64,000 bases of DNA from Chitinophagales bacterium (lineage in GTDB: Bacteria; Bacteroidota; Bacteroidia; Chitinophagales; JADIYW01): assembly GCA_023957235.1 (NCBI GenBank), contig JAMLHI010000002.1, positions 13,836 to 77,835 on the forward strand, written 5' to 3'. This document shows positions 1 through 8,328 of the stretch, in pieces. The stretch's first letter is position 1, and each line of letters begins with the position of its first letter. The notes beneath the pieces are model-generated. The model saw only the letters and a list, made by a program, of their open reading frames with translations, searched no databases and was not told the origin of the DNA. The position numbers and the translations under genes were made by a program.

Positions 1-264
1 TTCAATGTCTTTTTGCTGGGTTGATTTATCTCCGCCAATTAACAGAATAATAATCTTTCCATCAATTTCTTTGAAATAAACTCTATAACCTTTTGCATAG
101 TTAATTTTAAGTTCATTAATTCCATTTCCAACTGGTTTACAATCCCCAAAATGTTCTTTATATTGTAATTTCTGAACTCGAAGTAAAATTTTTGCCTTTG
201 CTCTCAAATGATTAAGTTTTCTAAACCACTTATCAAATTCAGTCGTTTTTTCAATAAAGTACAT
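1..264 (-). CDS. RelE/ParE-superfamily (HigB-like, addiction module killer) toxin; 3' end cut by window edge
   Basis: Absent from the ORF track because no stop lies inside the window. Reverse complement of 264..1 starts with ATG and gives 88 open codons: MYFIEKTTEFDKWFRKLNHLRAKAKILLRVQKLQYKEHFGDCKPVGNGINELKINYAKGYRVYFKEIDGKIIILLIGGDKSTQQKDIE. The GD.KPVG.GI.EL...YGKGYRVYF......I.LL.GGDKS.Q..DI pattern is typical of toxins paired with HigA-type antitoxins. Confidence 0.8.
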   Translation of the reverse strand, partial: MYFIEKTTEFDKWFRKLNHLRAKAKILLRVQKLQYKEHFGDCKPVGNGINELKINYAKGYRVYFKEIDGKIIILLIGGDKSTQQKDIE

Positions 265-620
265 TAGCCAAAATTGTATTCAATCGGATACAAATTTATA
301 GAAATTATTTTGATGTTGCAAGTTAAATTTGAATTGTTTCGGTCGGGCAAAATGAAGCACAACGCCAGTCTATGAAAAAATAGTGGACATCATTATTTTA
401 TTCGGACAGGCATCGGAGGCAATTATTAAAGATACAACCATCAAGCCATTCATTTCACTTTTTTCACAGCCTGACAGATTGCAAATAAGCGGCGGAGTTT
501 ACTTTTAGCACAAATGTGGAATAGAATTACTACTCTTCACCCTTGCACATAAGTTTAATAGATGTACTTCACCAATCTAAGCCAAATGCCTGTTAGCAAA
601 TTCTTTATTTGTCTTGTTGT

Positions 621-1433
621 CTATTTCAAAACAATCTCTACTCTTCTGTTCTTTTTTCTACCATCTTCTGCTTTATTTGAAGTCACCGGACAAAGTGGTC
701 CAACTCCATCAGCAGTCAGTCGACTTTGTGAAATGCCTTTAGCAACTATGTAATTTACTACAGCAATTGCTCGGTCTTTAGATAATTTCATATTGTGCGT
801 CAAATCTCCAGTGTTGTCTGTATGTCCAACCACAAAAATATTTATAGTAGGGTTCTCTTTGAGATATGTAACCAACTTAGTTAATTCTTTATCTGACTCT
901 GGCTTAATAACTGATTTATCAATATCGAAAAATATACCATAAAGGGGTATTTTCCCATCCTTTGCAAGGGCATCTTTTAGGTCGAGCTCAATTTCTTGTG
1001 TCATATAAACTTCTTCGATAATATGAATAATAAACCCCTGTTCATCTGCATCCACAGCATTCTGTATGAGCAAATAAACAGTTTTACTGTCGTGTCTAAA
1101 TCGGAAGAAATCCTTATTGATACCAAGATTTTCTCCTTTTGCTTTTATAACCGCATTATAATAATTCAGTCGTATATACGCCCCACTTACATTTTTAATA
1201 TCATCATCTCTTTTGTCATATTTAAGACGGTAGTAATTTCCGCTTTTTTTCATTCTGACTTCATTATCTTTTAAGTCATTATAAACGAATTCATACTCGT
1301 TGTATTCGGAGTACTGGCAAGCTGTTAGGTCGAAAGAGCTAATCTGGTCTAAATAGGTAGGAACTTTACAGTCGTCCTGTGCTATTGATATTAAAGGAAT
1401 CAAGAGCATCATTCCAATAATTATTTTTTTCAT
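621..1433 (-). CDS. OmpA-family protein with C-terminal OmpA peptidoglycan-binding domain and a possibly DUF4892-like N-terminal domain
   Basis: C-terminus has FFDIDKSVIKPES...VVGHTDNTGDLTHNMKLSKDRAIAVVNYIV..GI...RL...G.GP..P......EDGRKKNRRVEIVL, a classic OmpA_C motif. I start at ATG 1433 (MKKIIIGMMLLIPLISIAQ signal peptide) rather than the GTG at 1463. Confidence 0.85.
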   Translation of the reverse strand: MKKIIIGMMLLIPLISIAQDDCKVPTYLDQISSFDLTACQYSEYNEYEFVYNDLKDNEVRMKKSGNYYRLKYDKRDDDIKNVSGAYIRLNYYNAVIKAKGENLGINKDFFRFRHDSKTVYLLIQNAVDADEQGFIIHIIEEVYMTQEIELDLKDALAKDGKIPLYGIFFDIDKSVIKPESDKELTKLVTYLKENPTINIFVVGHTDNTGDLTHNMKLSKDRAIAVVNYIVAKGISQSRLTADGVGPLCPVTSNKAEDGRKKNRRVEIVLK

Positions 1434-1498
1434 ATTAGTCAGTTTTAGGGTTGTGTAAAACACCCACTAACAATGTTATCTCTGCTATTTTTATTGCA

Positions 1499-2092
1499 TT
1501 AACTGTTTACTTTAAAATTCATTGATTTTGCAATGTCTTGTAAAGTAGTCAATGGTATATTTTCGCCTGCAATAGTAACCATTAGCCGATCATTTGATGT
1601 AAAGGTCAAAGTGTAAGTATTGTTATATTTTTTAAAATCTTCGACTGCTTTTCCACCCATAAAATCAACTGTTTTAGTGTAACCTTCTTCGTTTTCTGAT
1701 TCTAAGGACATTTTTGTCCAATAGTTCAAGGTGTACATTCCAGAACCAGCTTCGCCAGCGCAATCCCAGATGGTAAGATGTATAGAAGTAGTGTCATCTT
1801 TATTGTATCTGGCTTCACCGGTTGCAAATCCCATTGCTGAGGTAGAATTAAAATCAGTTCGTTTCATTCCTGCTAATTCTTCTGGCAGCATAGCTTTTAT
1901 CTCTGCAACTGTTAGTGGTTTGAGTTTTTTTAATTCCTCAATTTTTTTATTCATTTCATCAGTCGTGTTCTGCATATCGCTAACATCGATACTTACTTTA
2001 GTGTTTCCATCGTCGCTGCTTATTGTTGTTTTTGGTTTGCATGCGACAAATAAAAATGTTGCCACAAGGCAGTAAATGAACTTCTTTTTCAT
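1499..2092 (-). CDS. hypothetical lipoprotein
   Basis: MKKKFIYCLVATFLFVAC lipobox. Co-oriented with, and 65 nt upstream of, the OmpA-family gene. No family recognised. Confidence 0.65.
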   Translation of the reverse strand: MKKKFIYCLVATFLFVACKPKTTISSDDGNTKVSIDVSDMQNTTDEMNKKIEELKKLKPLTVAEIKAMLPEELAGMKRTDFNSTSAMGFATGEARYNKDDTTSIHLTIWDCAGEAGSGMYTLNYWTKMSLESENEEGYTKTVDFMGGKAVEDFKKYNNTYTLTFTSNDRLMVTIAGENIPLTTLQDIAKSMNFKVNS

Positions 2093-2251
2093 AATGGTTC
2101 TATTTATTAGGTTAACAATAATTTTATGATTCTACTAAAGTTAACTCTTTTTTATGAATTGTAGTTAGTTTAATCACCTGTTTCTGATATGAAGTATTAA
2201 GGAATTACTGTTTTTGTAAATCTTTCACTGTTAAAGGCTAATACATAGAAA

Positions 2252-2276
2252 GAAAAAGGCGCACCAAAGGTGCGCC
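2252..2276 (-). terminator. rho-independent terminator of the decayed K/A-rich gene
   Basis: GGCGCACC-AAA-GGTGCGCC perfect 8-bp GC-rich stem (2258-2265/2269-2276), followed on the minus strand by TTTTT (2253-2257). Confidence 0.75.
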
Positions 2277-2312
2277 ACGATTTTACTAACCCAATAAAAC
2301 CAAATATATTTT

Positions 2313-2850
2313 CTAATATTTAGTTGCTTTTTTCTTAGCAGGTGCTGCTTTCACAGCTGTTGGCTTAGTAGGAGCTTTTGCGGCAGCTTTTTGAGCAACA
2401 GCTTTCTTAACAGGCGCTGCTGCCTTTTTAGCTGGCGTTGCAGTTTTTACTTCTTGAGTAACTTTTGCAACTTGTTTTTCAATATTTTTCTTTGCTTTTT
2501 TGATATTTGATTCAATTTTTGCAGATGCTATTTTAACGTATTTTTCAACTTCATGTGTAAATTACACCGCTTTTTTACTGAAATCATTTATCACTTTTTT
2601 GCTTTCTTTTCTCCTAAGTTTACTTGCTCATTGATGAATTGAAATACTTTCTCAATTCTAATTTTATCATCATCTACAAAGTTTTCTGCTTCAGCAAGTA
2701 CATTAGCTCTCGCTTTGTCAACATCAACGATTTGAGTAATTCTACCTTTGATTTTCTCACCGTATTCTTGTAGGTATTCTTTTTGACCATCTACCTGAAT
2801 TTTTACGTCAGCAGTTAAATATTGAATGATGATTTTACTTCTTCTTCCAT
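2313..2850 (-). pseudogene. disrupted gene encoding a protein with a Lys/Ala/Pro-rich (histone-H1-like) C-terminal tail; at least two frame/stop lesions
   Basis: ATG at 2850 gives MEEEVKSSFNI* in one frame. The track ORF 2591..2920 (TTG start, implausible N-terminus) carries ...LTADVKIQVDGQKEYLQEYGEKIKG...INEQVNLGEKKAKK*. The -1 frame continues VINDFSKKAV, hits TAA at 2562-2564, then has 82 more open codons without any start codon (FTHEVEKYVKIASAKIESNIKKAKKNIEKQVAKVTQEVKTATPAKKAAAPVKKAVAQKAAAKAPTKPTAVKAAPAKKKATKY*). It ends just upstream of a strong terminator. Confidence 0.6.
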
Positions 2851-3103
2851 AAAAATTGATTTTAATAAAATATATATCGCCAACAACTATAATAGTATCA
2901 ACAATAATAATCTCACACAATATTTTTACATTTTTTTGATAAACAATAATCCTATTGATGCGTTTTCTATATTATGAATTACAACATAAATTGAGAGCTA
3001 TCCAATCATATTATGCTCAATTTACTGGTCTAATAACAACCTATTTTTGACTTTAAAAAACATGGTTAATGTCATAGAAATTAATTATCTAAATATAAAT
3101 ATC

Positions 3104-3523
3104 ATGATTAAACATACCGCACATGCCAATTGGAATGGCTCAATAAAAGAAGGAAATGGCTCAATTACAACAAAAAGTAGAGTTTTAAACAATCATCCTT
3201 ATTCTTTTAAAACAAGGTTTGAAAATGGGAATGGCACTAATCCCGACGAATTGATAGCTGCTGCTCATGCATCCTGTTTTGCAATGGCTTTGAGCTTAAT
3301 TTTAGGACATAATGGATTTACTCCGGATACAATCGAAACTCAAGCTGATGTTACTATGGATCCATCAAAATTAGAACTAACCCATTCTCACCTGACCTTA
3401 AAAGCAAAGATTCCTAATATTACAAACGAGAAGTTTCTTGAGATTGCTAATCTAGCTAAAGACAACTGCCCTATTAGTAAAGTGTTGAACTTGGAAATAA
3501 GTTTGGATGCCCAATTATTATAA
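3104..3523 (+). CDS. OsmC/Ohr-family peroxiredoxin-like protein
   Basis: MIKHTAHANWNGSIKEGNGSITT...NPDELIAAAHASCFAMAL...KDNCPISK has the two conserved Cys contexts of OsmC. ATG 3104 chosen over the upstream track start. Confidence 0.85.
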   Translation: MIKHTAHANWNGSIKEGNGSITTKSRVLNNHPYSFKTRFENGNGTNPDELIAAAHASCFAMALSLILGHNGFTPDTIETQADVTMDPSKLELTHSHLTLKAKIPNITNEKFLEIANLAKDNCPISKVLNLEISLDAQLL

Positions 3524-3540
3524 ACGTAAATCTATTTATC

Positions 3541-3870
3541 GTGGAAAAAGTATTATATCCTCAAGCTACTGCTGAAAATGCTAAGAAAAAAGCAAGCCTA
3601 GCTCCAAAACAAATTGAAGCATGGAGAAATTTCAGTAAAACTGTCTTTAAAGAAGGTGTTTTAGACGAAAAAACCAAGCAATTAATTGCAGTTGCAGTTG
3701 CTCACGTTACGCAATGTCCGTACTGTATAAAAGCTCATGTACCAATGGCAAAACGAAAGGGAGCTACAGAGCAAGAAATCATGGAAGCAATATGGGTTGC
3801 TGCAGAAATGCGTGCTGGAGCTGCTTATGCACATGCAACAATTGCACTCGAAGCAATGGAAAACGAATAG
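3541..3870 (+). CDS. carboxymuconolactone decarboxylase (CMD/AhpD-like) family protein
   Basis: 109 aa, GTG start. Contains ...DEKTKQLIAVAVAHVTQCPYCIKAH... with the CxxC motif of the CMD family. Confidence 0.85.
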   Translation: MEKVLYPQATAENAKKKASLAPKQIEAWRNFSKTVFKEGVLDEKTKQLIAVAVAHVTQCPYCIKAHVPMAKRKGATEQEIMEAIWVAAEMRAGAAYAHATIALEAMENE

Positions 3871-3904
3871 AATAATAATATCTAAAACTATAACAGAACT
3901 ATAT

Positions 3905-4399
3905 ATGATAAAAAAGAGCTTAATCGGCGAATTTGACTTCGAAACCGAAAACACGAGAAAATTACTAAAAGCTATTCCAGATGATGTATTAAAATGGAAA
4001 CCATCAGAAAAAATTTGGGATATTGCTCATCTAGCAACGCATATCGTTGGAATTTACAACCTATATGATTACCTCTTTAATCATGAAGAGTTAGATTTTA
4101 ATCATTACAAATATGACAAAGGAGACATTTCGACTACTAGTGGGATACTAGCAAAATTTGAACAAAATGTCAAAGAAGCAAAAGAGGTATTAGAGAATTT
4201 TGATGAATCCAAAGCTATGGACAAATGGACAATGAGATATGGTGAGCAGGTTATCATTCCGCCATTGCCAAAAATAGTGGTAGCTAGAAATTTATTATGC
4301 AATCACTTATATCATCACAGAGGTGAATTGGTCGCCTATCTAAGAACTACTGGTAACAAAGTTCCGGGATTATATGGTCCAACTGCAGATGACAAATAA
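3905..4399 (+). CDS. DinB-family (DinB/YfiT-like metal-dependent) protein
   Basis: Starts at ATG 3905 (MIKKSLIGEFDFETENTRKLLKAIPDDVLKWKPSEK.W....LATHI...). C-terminal part has HLYHHRGELVAYLR. The longer track ORF from 3737 overlaps the CMD gene and is rejected. Confidence 0.8.
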   Translation: MIKKSLIGEFDFETENTRKLLKAIPDDVLKWKPSEKIWDIAHLATHIVGIYNLYDYLFNHEELDFNHYKYDKGDISTTSGILAKFEQNVKEAKEVLENFDESKAMDKWTMRYGEQVIIPPLPKIVVARNLLCNHLYHHRGELVAYLRTTGNKVPGLYGPTADDK

Positions 4400-4414
4400 A
4401 AATTCTTATAGCAA

Positions 4415-4864
4415 ATGAAATCAAGATTAGACTATCAAAATATAGCATCAGAAGCACTCAAAGGAATGTTGGAGCTAGAACATTATGTTCATCATTCAGG
4501 ATTGGAACGTAGTCTTTACGAATTGGTCAAAACTAGAGCCTCTCAAATCAATGGATGTGCATACTGCTTAGACATACACACCAAAGATGCCAGAAAATAT
4601 GGAGAAACTGAACAAAGACTCTATGCGCTATCAGCTTGGAGAGAAACCCCATTTTTCACAGACAGAGAACGAGCTGCTTTAGAATGGACAGAAGCCATGA
4701 CATTAGTTGCTCAAAATCATATCTCGGATGAATTATATAATCAGGTGAAATCTTTTTTTACAGACAAGGAAATGGTTGCTCTTTCTATGTCAATTGTTGC
4801 TATCAATGGATGGAATAGACTAGCCATAGGTTTTAAATCTGTACCCGGCAATTACAATCCTTAA
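4415..4864 (+). CDS. AhpD-core alkylhydroperoxidase / CMD family protein
   Basis: ...LVKTRASQINGCAYCLDIHTKDAR..GE...RL..L.AWRE...F..RERAAL.W.E, typical of the AhpD-like CxxC family. Confidence 0.85.
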   Translation: MKSRLDYQNIASEALKGMLELEHYVHHSGLERSLYELVKTRASQINGCAYCLDIHTKDARKYGETEQRLYALSAWRETPFFTDRERAALEWTEAMTLVAQNHISDELYNQVKSFFTDKEMVALSMSIVAINGWNRLAIGFKSVPGNYNP

Positions 4865-4867
4865 ATC

Positions 4868-5578
4868 ATGATACTAACAAATAAAACTGCTATAGTATCT
4901 GGAGCAAGTAGTGGATTGGGAGCTGCAATCGCCAAGGCATTGGTACAACAAGGAACAAAAGTTTACGGAATAGCTAGAAATTTAAAAAACCTACAACAAA
5001 TCTCTGACATTCTCGGTGATCAATTTATACCTGTCAGCCTAGATATTTCTGAAGTCCAAGCAGTTACAAATTGGATAGATAATACATTTTCTGCAACTAA
5101 TCTCCCAGATATTCTTATTAATAATGCAGGAATAGGATATTTTAGAAAAATTGATGAAATGAATTATAATGAATGGACAGAAATGATTCAAACCAATTTG
5201 AATGGCACATTTTTATTGACTTCTCAGATTGTCCCATGGATGAAAAAACATGAAGGCATTAAGCATATTATTAATATAGGCTCCATCATGGGAACAATCG
5301 CTCAGCCAGAAAGCAGTGGATATAGCACAACAAAGTTTGGTATTCAAGGATTTAGTGAAGCTTTATTTAAAGAATTGCGTTACGATAAAATAAAAGTAAC
5401 CTGTGTGAATCCCGGATCTATCGAAACAGATTTTTTCAAAAACTCCAATATAACCACTCATAGCAATATGTTGCAAGCAGATGACATTGCAGCATCTATT
5501 ATCCATATTCTTCAAACTCCTGATAATGTATTGATTGATTCCATCACTATCCGACCTTTAATTCCTCAAGTCAAATAA
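4868..5578 (+). CDS. SDR-family oxidoreductase
   Basis: TGASSGLG glycine motif (KTAIVSGASSGLGAAIA), NNAG, and YSTTK (YxxxK) catalytic motif. Confidence 0.9.
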   Translation: MILTNKTAIVSGASSGLGAAIAKALVQQGTKVYGIARNLKNLQQISDILGDQFIPVSLDISEVQAVTNWIDNTFSATNLPDILINNAGIGYFRKIDEMNYNEWTEMIQTNLNGTFLLTSQIVPWMKKHEGIKHIINIGSIMGTIAQPESSGYSTTKFGIQGFSEALFKELRYDKIKVTCVNPGSIETDFFKNSNITTHSNMLQADDIAASIIHILQTPDNVLIDSITIRPLIPQVK

Positions 5579-5592
5579 ATAAAAGAATTATT

Positions 5593-5943
5593 ATGAAAGG
5601 ATATATTATAAAAAGAATTTATGAACCGCCTTCTGAAAATGACGGTTATAGAATATTAATTGACAGATTATGGCCTCGCGGTATCAGCAAGAGCAATGCT
5701 AGAGTGGATGAATGGGATAAAGACCTTGCTCCTTCCACAGAATTACGCAAATGGTTTAATCATGAAGTCGAAAAATTTGAAAAATTTACTACCCAATATA
5801 GAAAAGAATTAGAAGTTCATACAAGTGAGCTTCAGAGGTTAAATGACCTATCAAAAACCCAGCAAATATGTCTTTTGTATGGTGCTAAAGATGAGCTTCA
5901 CAACCAAGCAGTTGTTTTAAAATCTGTCCTTGAAAGTCTGTAA
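5593..5943 (+). CDS. DUF488 (YeaO-like) family protein
   Basis: IKRIYEPPSENDGYRILIDRLWPRGISK......EW.KDLAPS.ELRKWF.H....F..F...Y..EL is the DUF488 signature. Confidence 0.8.
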   Translation: MKGYIIKRIYEPPSENDGYRILIDRLWPRGISKSNARVDEWDKDLAPSTELRKWFNHEVEKFEKFTTQYRKELEVHTSELQRLNDLSKTQQICLLYGAKDELHNQAVVLKSVLESL

Positions 5944-5980
5944 TCAGCTTATAGTATCTTTATTGACTAGTGCCACTGAA

Positions 5981-7030
5981 CTATTGATAAGCAAGCATCC
6001 ATTTGAGCAATTCTTCATTTTCATCAGGGGTCCCTACTGATATTCTTACACAACCCTCACATAAAGCAGTAGTATTTCTATTTCTCACAACCACTTGATG
6101 GCTTGTCAAATATTGATATAATCTATTAGGGTCATCCACTTTCAATAAAATAAAATTGGCATGAGTTGGATATATTTTCTGAACATAATTCAGCTTTTCG
6201 AAAACACTTATCAATCTTGAATTTTCTTGCATAATTACTTCTGCCATTTCCAATTTAACAGCTTCATTTTCTAGTGCTTTCAAAGCTGCTTGCTGAGCCA
6301 AAGCACTTACATTATATGGAGGTTTTATCGATGTCAAAATTTTAGTAATTTCTTGACTAGAAAACGCCATCCCTACCCTTATACCAGCCATGCCCCAAGC
6401 TTTCGATAATGTCTGCATGACCACTATATTAGGATATTTTTTTAACTGAGATATCCATGAAGATACATTCGAAAAATCAATATAAGCTTCATCTATCACA
6501 ACAATGCCATTAAAAGAGCTTACTATTGATCTTATATCTTCATCATGAAACAGATTGCCAGTAGGATTATTAGGATTACAGATAAAAATCATTTTTGTAT
6601 GATCATCAATTGCTGCAATCACCTGTTCTGTCTGCAACTGAAAATCTCTAGTCAGAAGAACTTCTTTGATATGAACATTGTTCAAATGAGCCGAAGTCTC
6701 ATACATACCATAAGTAGGCGGACAAATAATCACATTGTCTATCTCAGGGTTACAAAATGCCCTAAATAGCAAATCAATAACTTCATCACTGCCATTTCCA
6801 ATAAATACTTGTTCTGAGGCAATTCCCTTGAGTTGAGCTATTTTTACCTTGAGTTGAGATTGGAGTGGATCGGGATATCTATTAAGTAACTCTCCAGAAG
6901 CAGAGCCAAAGGGATTTTCATTGGCATCTAAAAATATGGCATCTTTTCCAGTATATTCTGTGCGAGCAGAAGAATATGCTTTAAAATTCCTCAAATGAGG
7001 ACGTAATATTTTTTGTATATCAAATGACAT
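5981..7030 (-). CDS. hisC: histidinol-phosphate aminotransferase
   Basis: LDANENPFG, RYPDP, GNGSDE.IDLL.RAFC, PTYGMY, NPNNPTGN, DEAYIDF, SKAWGMAGIRVG motifs. Follows hisD. Confidence 0.93.
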   Translation of the reverse strand: MSFDIQKILRPHLRNFKAYSSARTEYTGKDAIFLDANENPFGSASGELLNRYPDPLQSQLKVKIAQLKGIASEQVFIGNGSDEVIDLLFRAFCNPEIDNVIICPPTYGMYETSAHLNNVHIKEVLLTRDFQLQTEQVIAAIDDHTKMIFICNPNNPTGNLFHDEDIRSIVSSFNGIVVIDEAYIDFSNVSSWISQLKKYPNIVVMQTLSKAWGMAGIRVGMAFSSQEITKILTSIKPPYNVSALAQQAALKALENEAVKLEMAEVIMQENSRLISVFEKLNYVQKIYPTHANFILLKVDDPNRLYQYLTSHQVVVRNRNTTALCEGCVRISVGTPDENEELLKWMLAYQ

Positions 7031-7039
7031 AGATGATTA

Positions 7040-8320
7040 TTATAAATTTTCAAGACGAATGGATACCGCATTTTTATGTGCTTCAAGTTCCTCAGCTTCA
7101 GCCAATATTTCAACTATATGGCCTATGCCTTTCAAACCATCAGAAGTCACTTTCTGAAAAGTAATTTTCTTAACAAAAGTATCTAAAGAAACACCACTAT
7201 AGGCCATTGCATACCCATTTGTAGGCAAGGTGTGATTAGTACCTGATGCATAATCTCCTAAAGATTCGGGAGACAAATGCCCTAGGAATACGGAACCAGC
7301 ATTGATAACTTCATTTTCCAATTGTTCAGGGTTATTTACCTGCAAAATCAAGTGTTCAGGTGCATAAGTATTACTCATTTCCATCGCTTCTTCCATATCT
7401 TTCACCAAGATTAATCTGCTATTCTCTAATGCTTTAGAAGCCAATCCTATTCTGGGTAAAGATTGTAATTGCCTAGCAACTTCCTCTTCTACCTGTGTAA
7501 TAAGAGGCTGATGATCCGTAAACAAAATCACCTGACTATCATTGCCATGTTCAGCCTGAGAGAGTAAATCTGCTGCAATAAACGCAGGATTAGCAGTTTT
7601 GTCTGCAATCACAGCCACTTCTGAAGGACCGGCAGGCATATCGATAGCAACATTATACTTCAAAGCTAATTGTTTGGCAGCCATGACATATTGATTGCCA
7701 GGACCAAAAATTTTATACATTTTAGGAATACTTTCAGTACCAAATGTCATTGCCGCTATGGCTTGAGCACCACCCACTTTAAAAACTTTATTCACTCCTG
7801 TCAACTTAGCTGCATACAAAATTGCAGGATGTATTTTCCCTTCTCTATTGGGTGGTGAACATAATACAATCTCCTTACAACCAGCGATTTTAGCTGGAAT
7901 CGCTAACATTAATACTGTAGAAAATAAAGGAGCGGTACCCCCCGGAATATAAAGTCCTACTTTCTCAATACCCACAGACTTTCTCCAACAAAAGACACCC
8001 TTCTGGGTTTCAATTGTCGCCTCTTGGCTTACTTGAGCCTTATGAAAATGATGAATATTTTGAGCTGCCACATTCAAAGCAGCTTTCAGTTGATCTCCAA
8101 CCAATTGTTCAGATTCATCCCACTCTTCCTGAGTGATTTCAAGAGTATCCAAATGAACCTTGTCAAATTGAAGGGCAAATTTTTTCAACGCTAGGTCTCC
8201 TTCTTTAGCAACCTGTGCCATTATAGGAGCCACTTTCACTTCAATATCCTCCAATGACATTACTGGTCGAGATAATATTTCTGCCCACTGGTTTTTGTTC
8301 GGATAAAAGTACTTTTTCAT
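7040..8320 (-). CDS. hisD: histidinol dehydrogenase
   Basis: 426 aa with GLYIPGGTAPLFSTVLM, GPGNQYV, AGPSEV, QAEHG, NTYAPEHL, GDYASGTNHTLPT. Confidence 0.95.
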   Translation of the reverse strand: MKKYFYPNKNQWAEILSRPVMSLEDIEVKVAPIMAQVAKEGDLALKKFALQFDKVHLDTLEITQEEWDESEQLVGDQLKAALNVAAQNIHHFHKAQVSQEATIETQKGVFCWRKSVGIEKVGLYIPGGTAPLFSTVLMLAIPAKIAGCKEIVLCSPPNREGKIHPAILYAAKLTGVNKVFKVGGAQAIAAMTFGTESIPKMYKIFGPGNQYVMAAKQLALKYNVAIDMPAGPSEVAVIADKTANPAFIAADLLSQAEHGNDSQVILFTDHQPLITQVEEEVARQLQSLPRIGLASKALENSRLILVKDMEEAMEMSNTYAPEHLILQVNNPEQLENEVINAGSVFLGHLSPESLGDYASGTNHTLPTNGYAMAYSGVSLDTFVKKITFQKVTSDGLKGIGHIVEILAEAEELEAHKNAVSIRLENL

Positions 8321-8328
8321 TCAGAATA

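Noticed and set aside
562-753. 63-aa plus-strand ORF
   Set aside because: It largely overlaps, antisense, the well-supported OmpA-domain coding sequence. Its composition is low-complexity and hydrophobic with no motif.
2591-2920. Track ORF of 109 aa taken as an intact gene
   Set aside because: It needs a TTG start, and its first ~28 residues (MCEIIIVDTIIVVGDIYFIKINFYGRRS) look like translated AT-rich spacer. A proper ATG (2850) is in another frame, and the coding signal continues past its stop in the -1 frame. It is better explained as the middle piece of a disrupted gene.
3737-3904. Long 5' extension of the DinB-family ORF
   Set aside because: The extension overlaps the CMD gene out of frame. 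The recognisable DinB sequence begins at the internal ATG 3905, which has its own short spacer.
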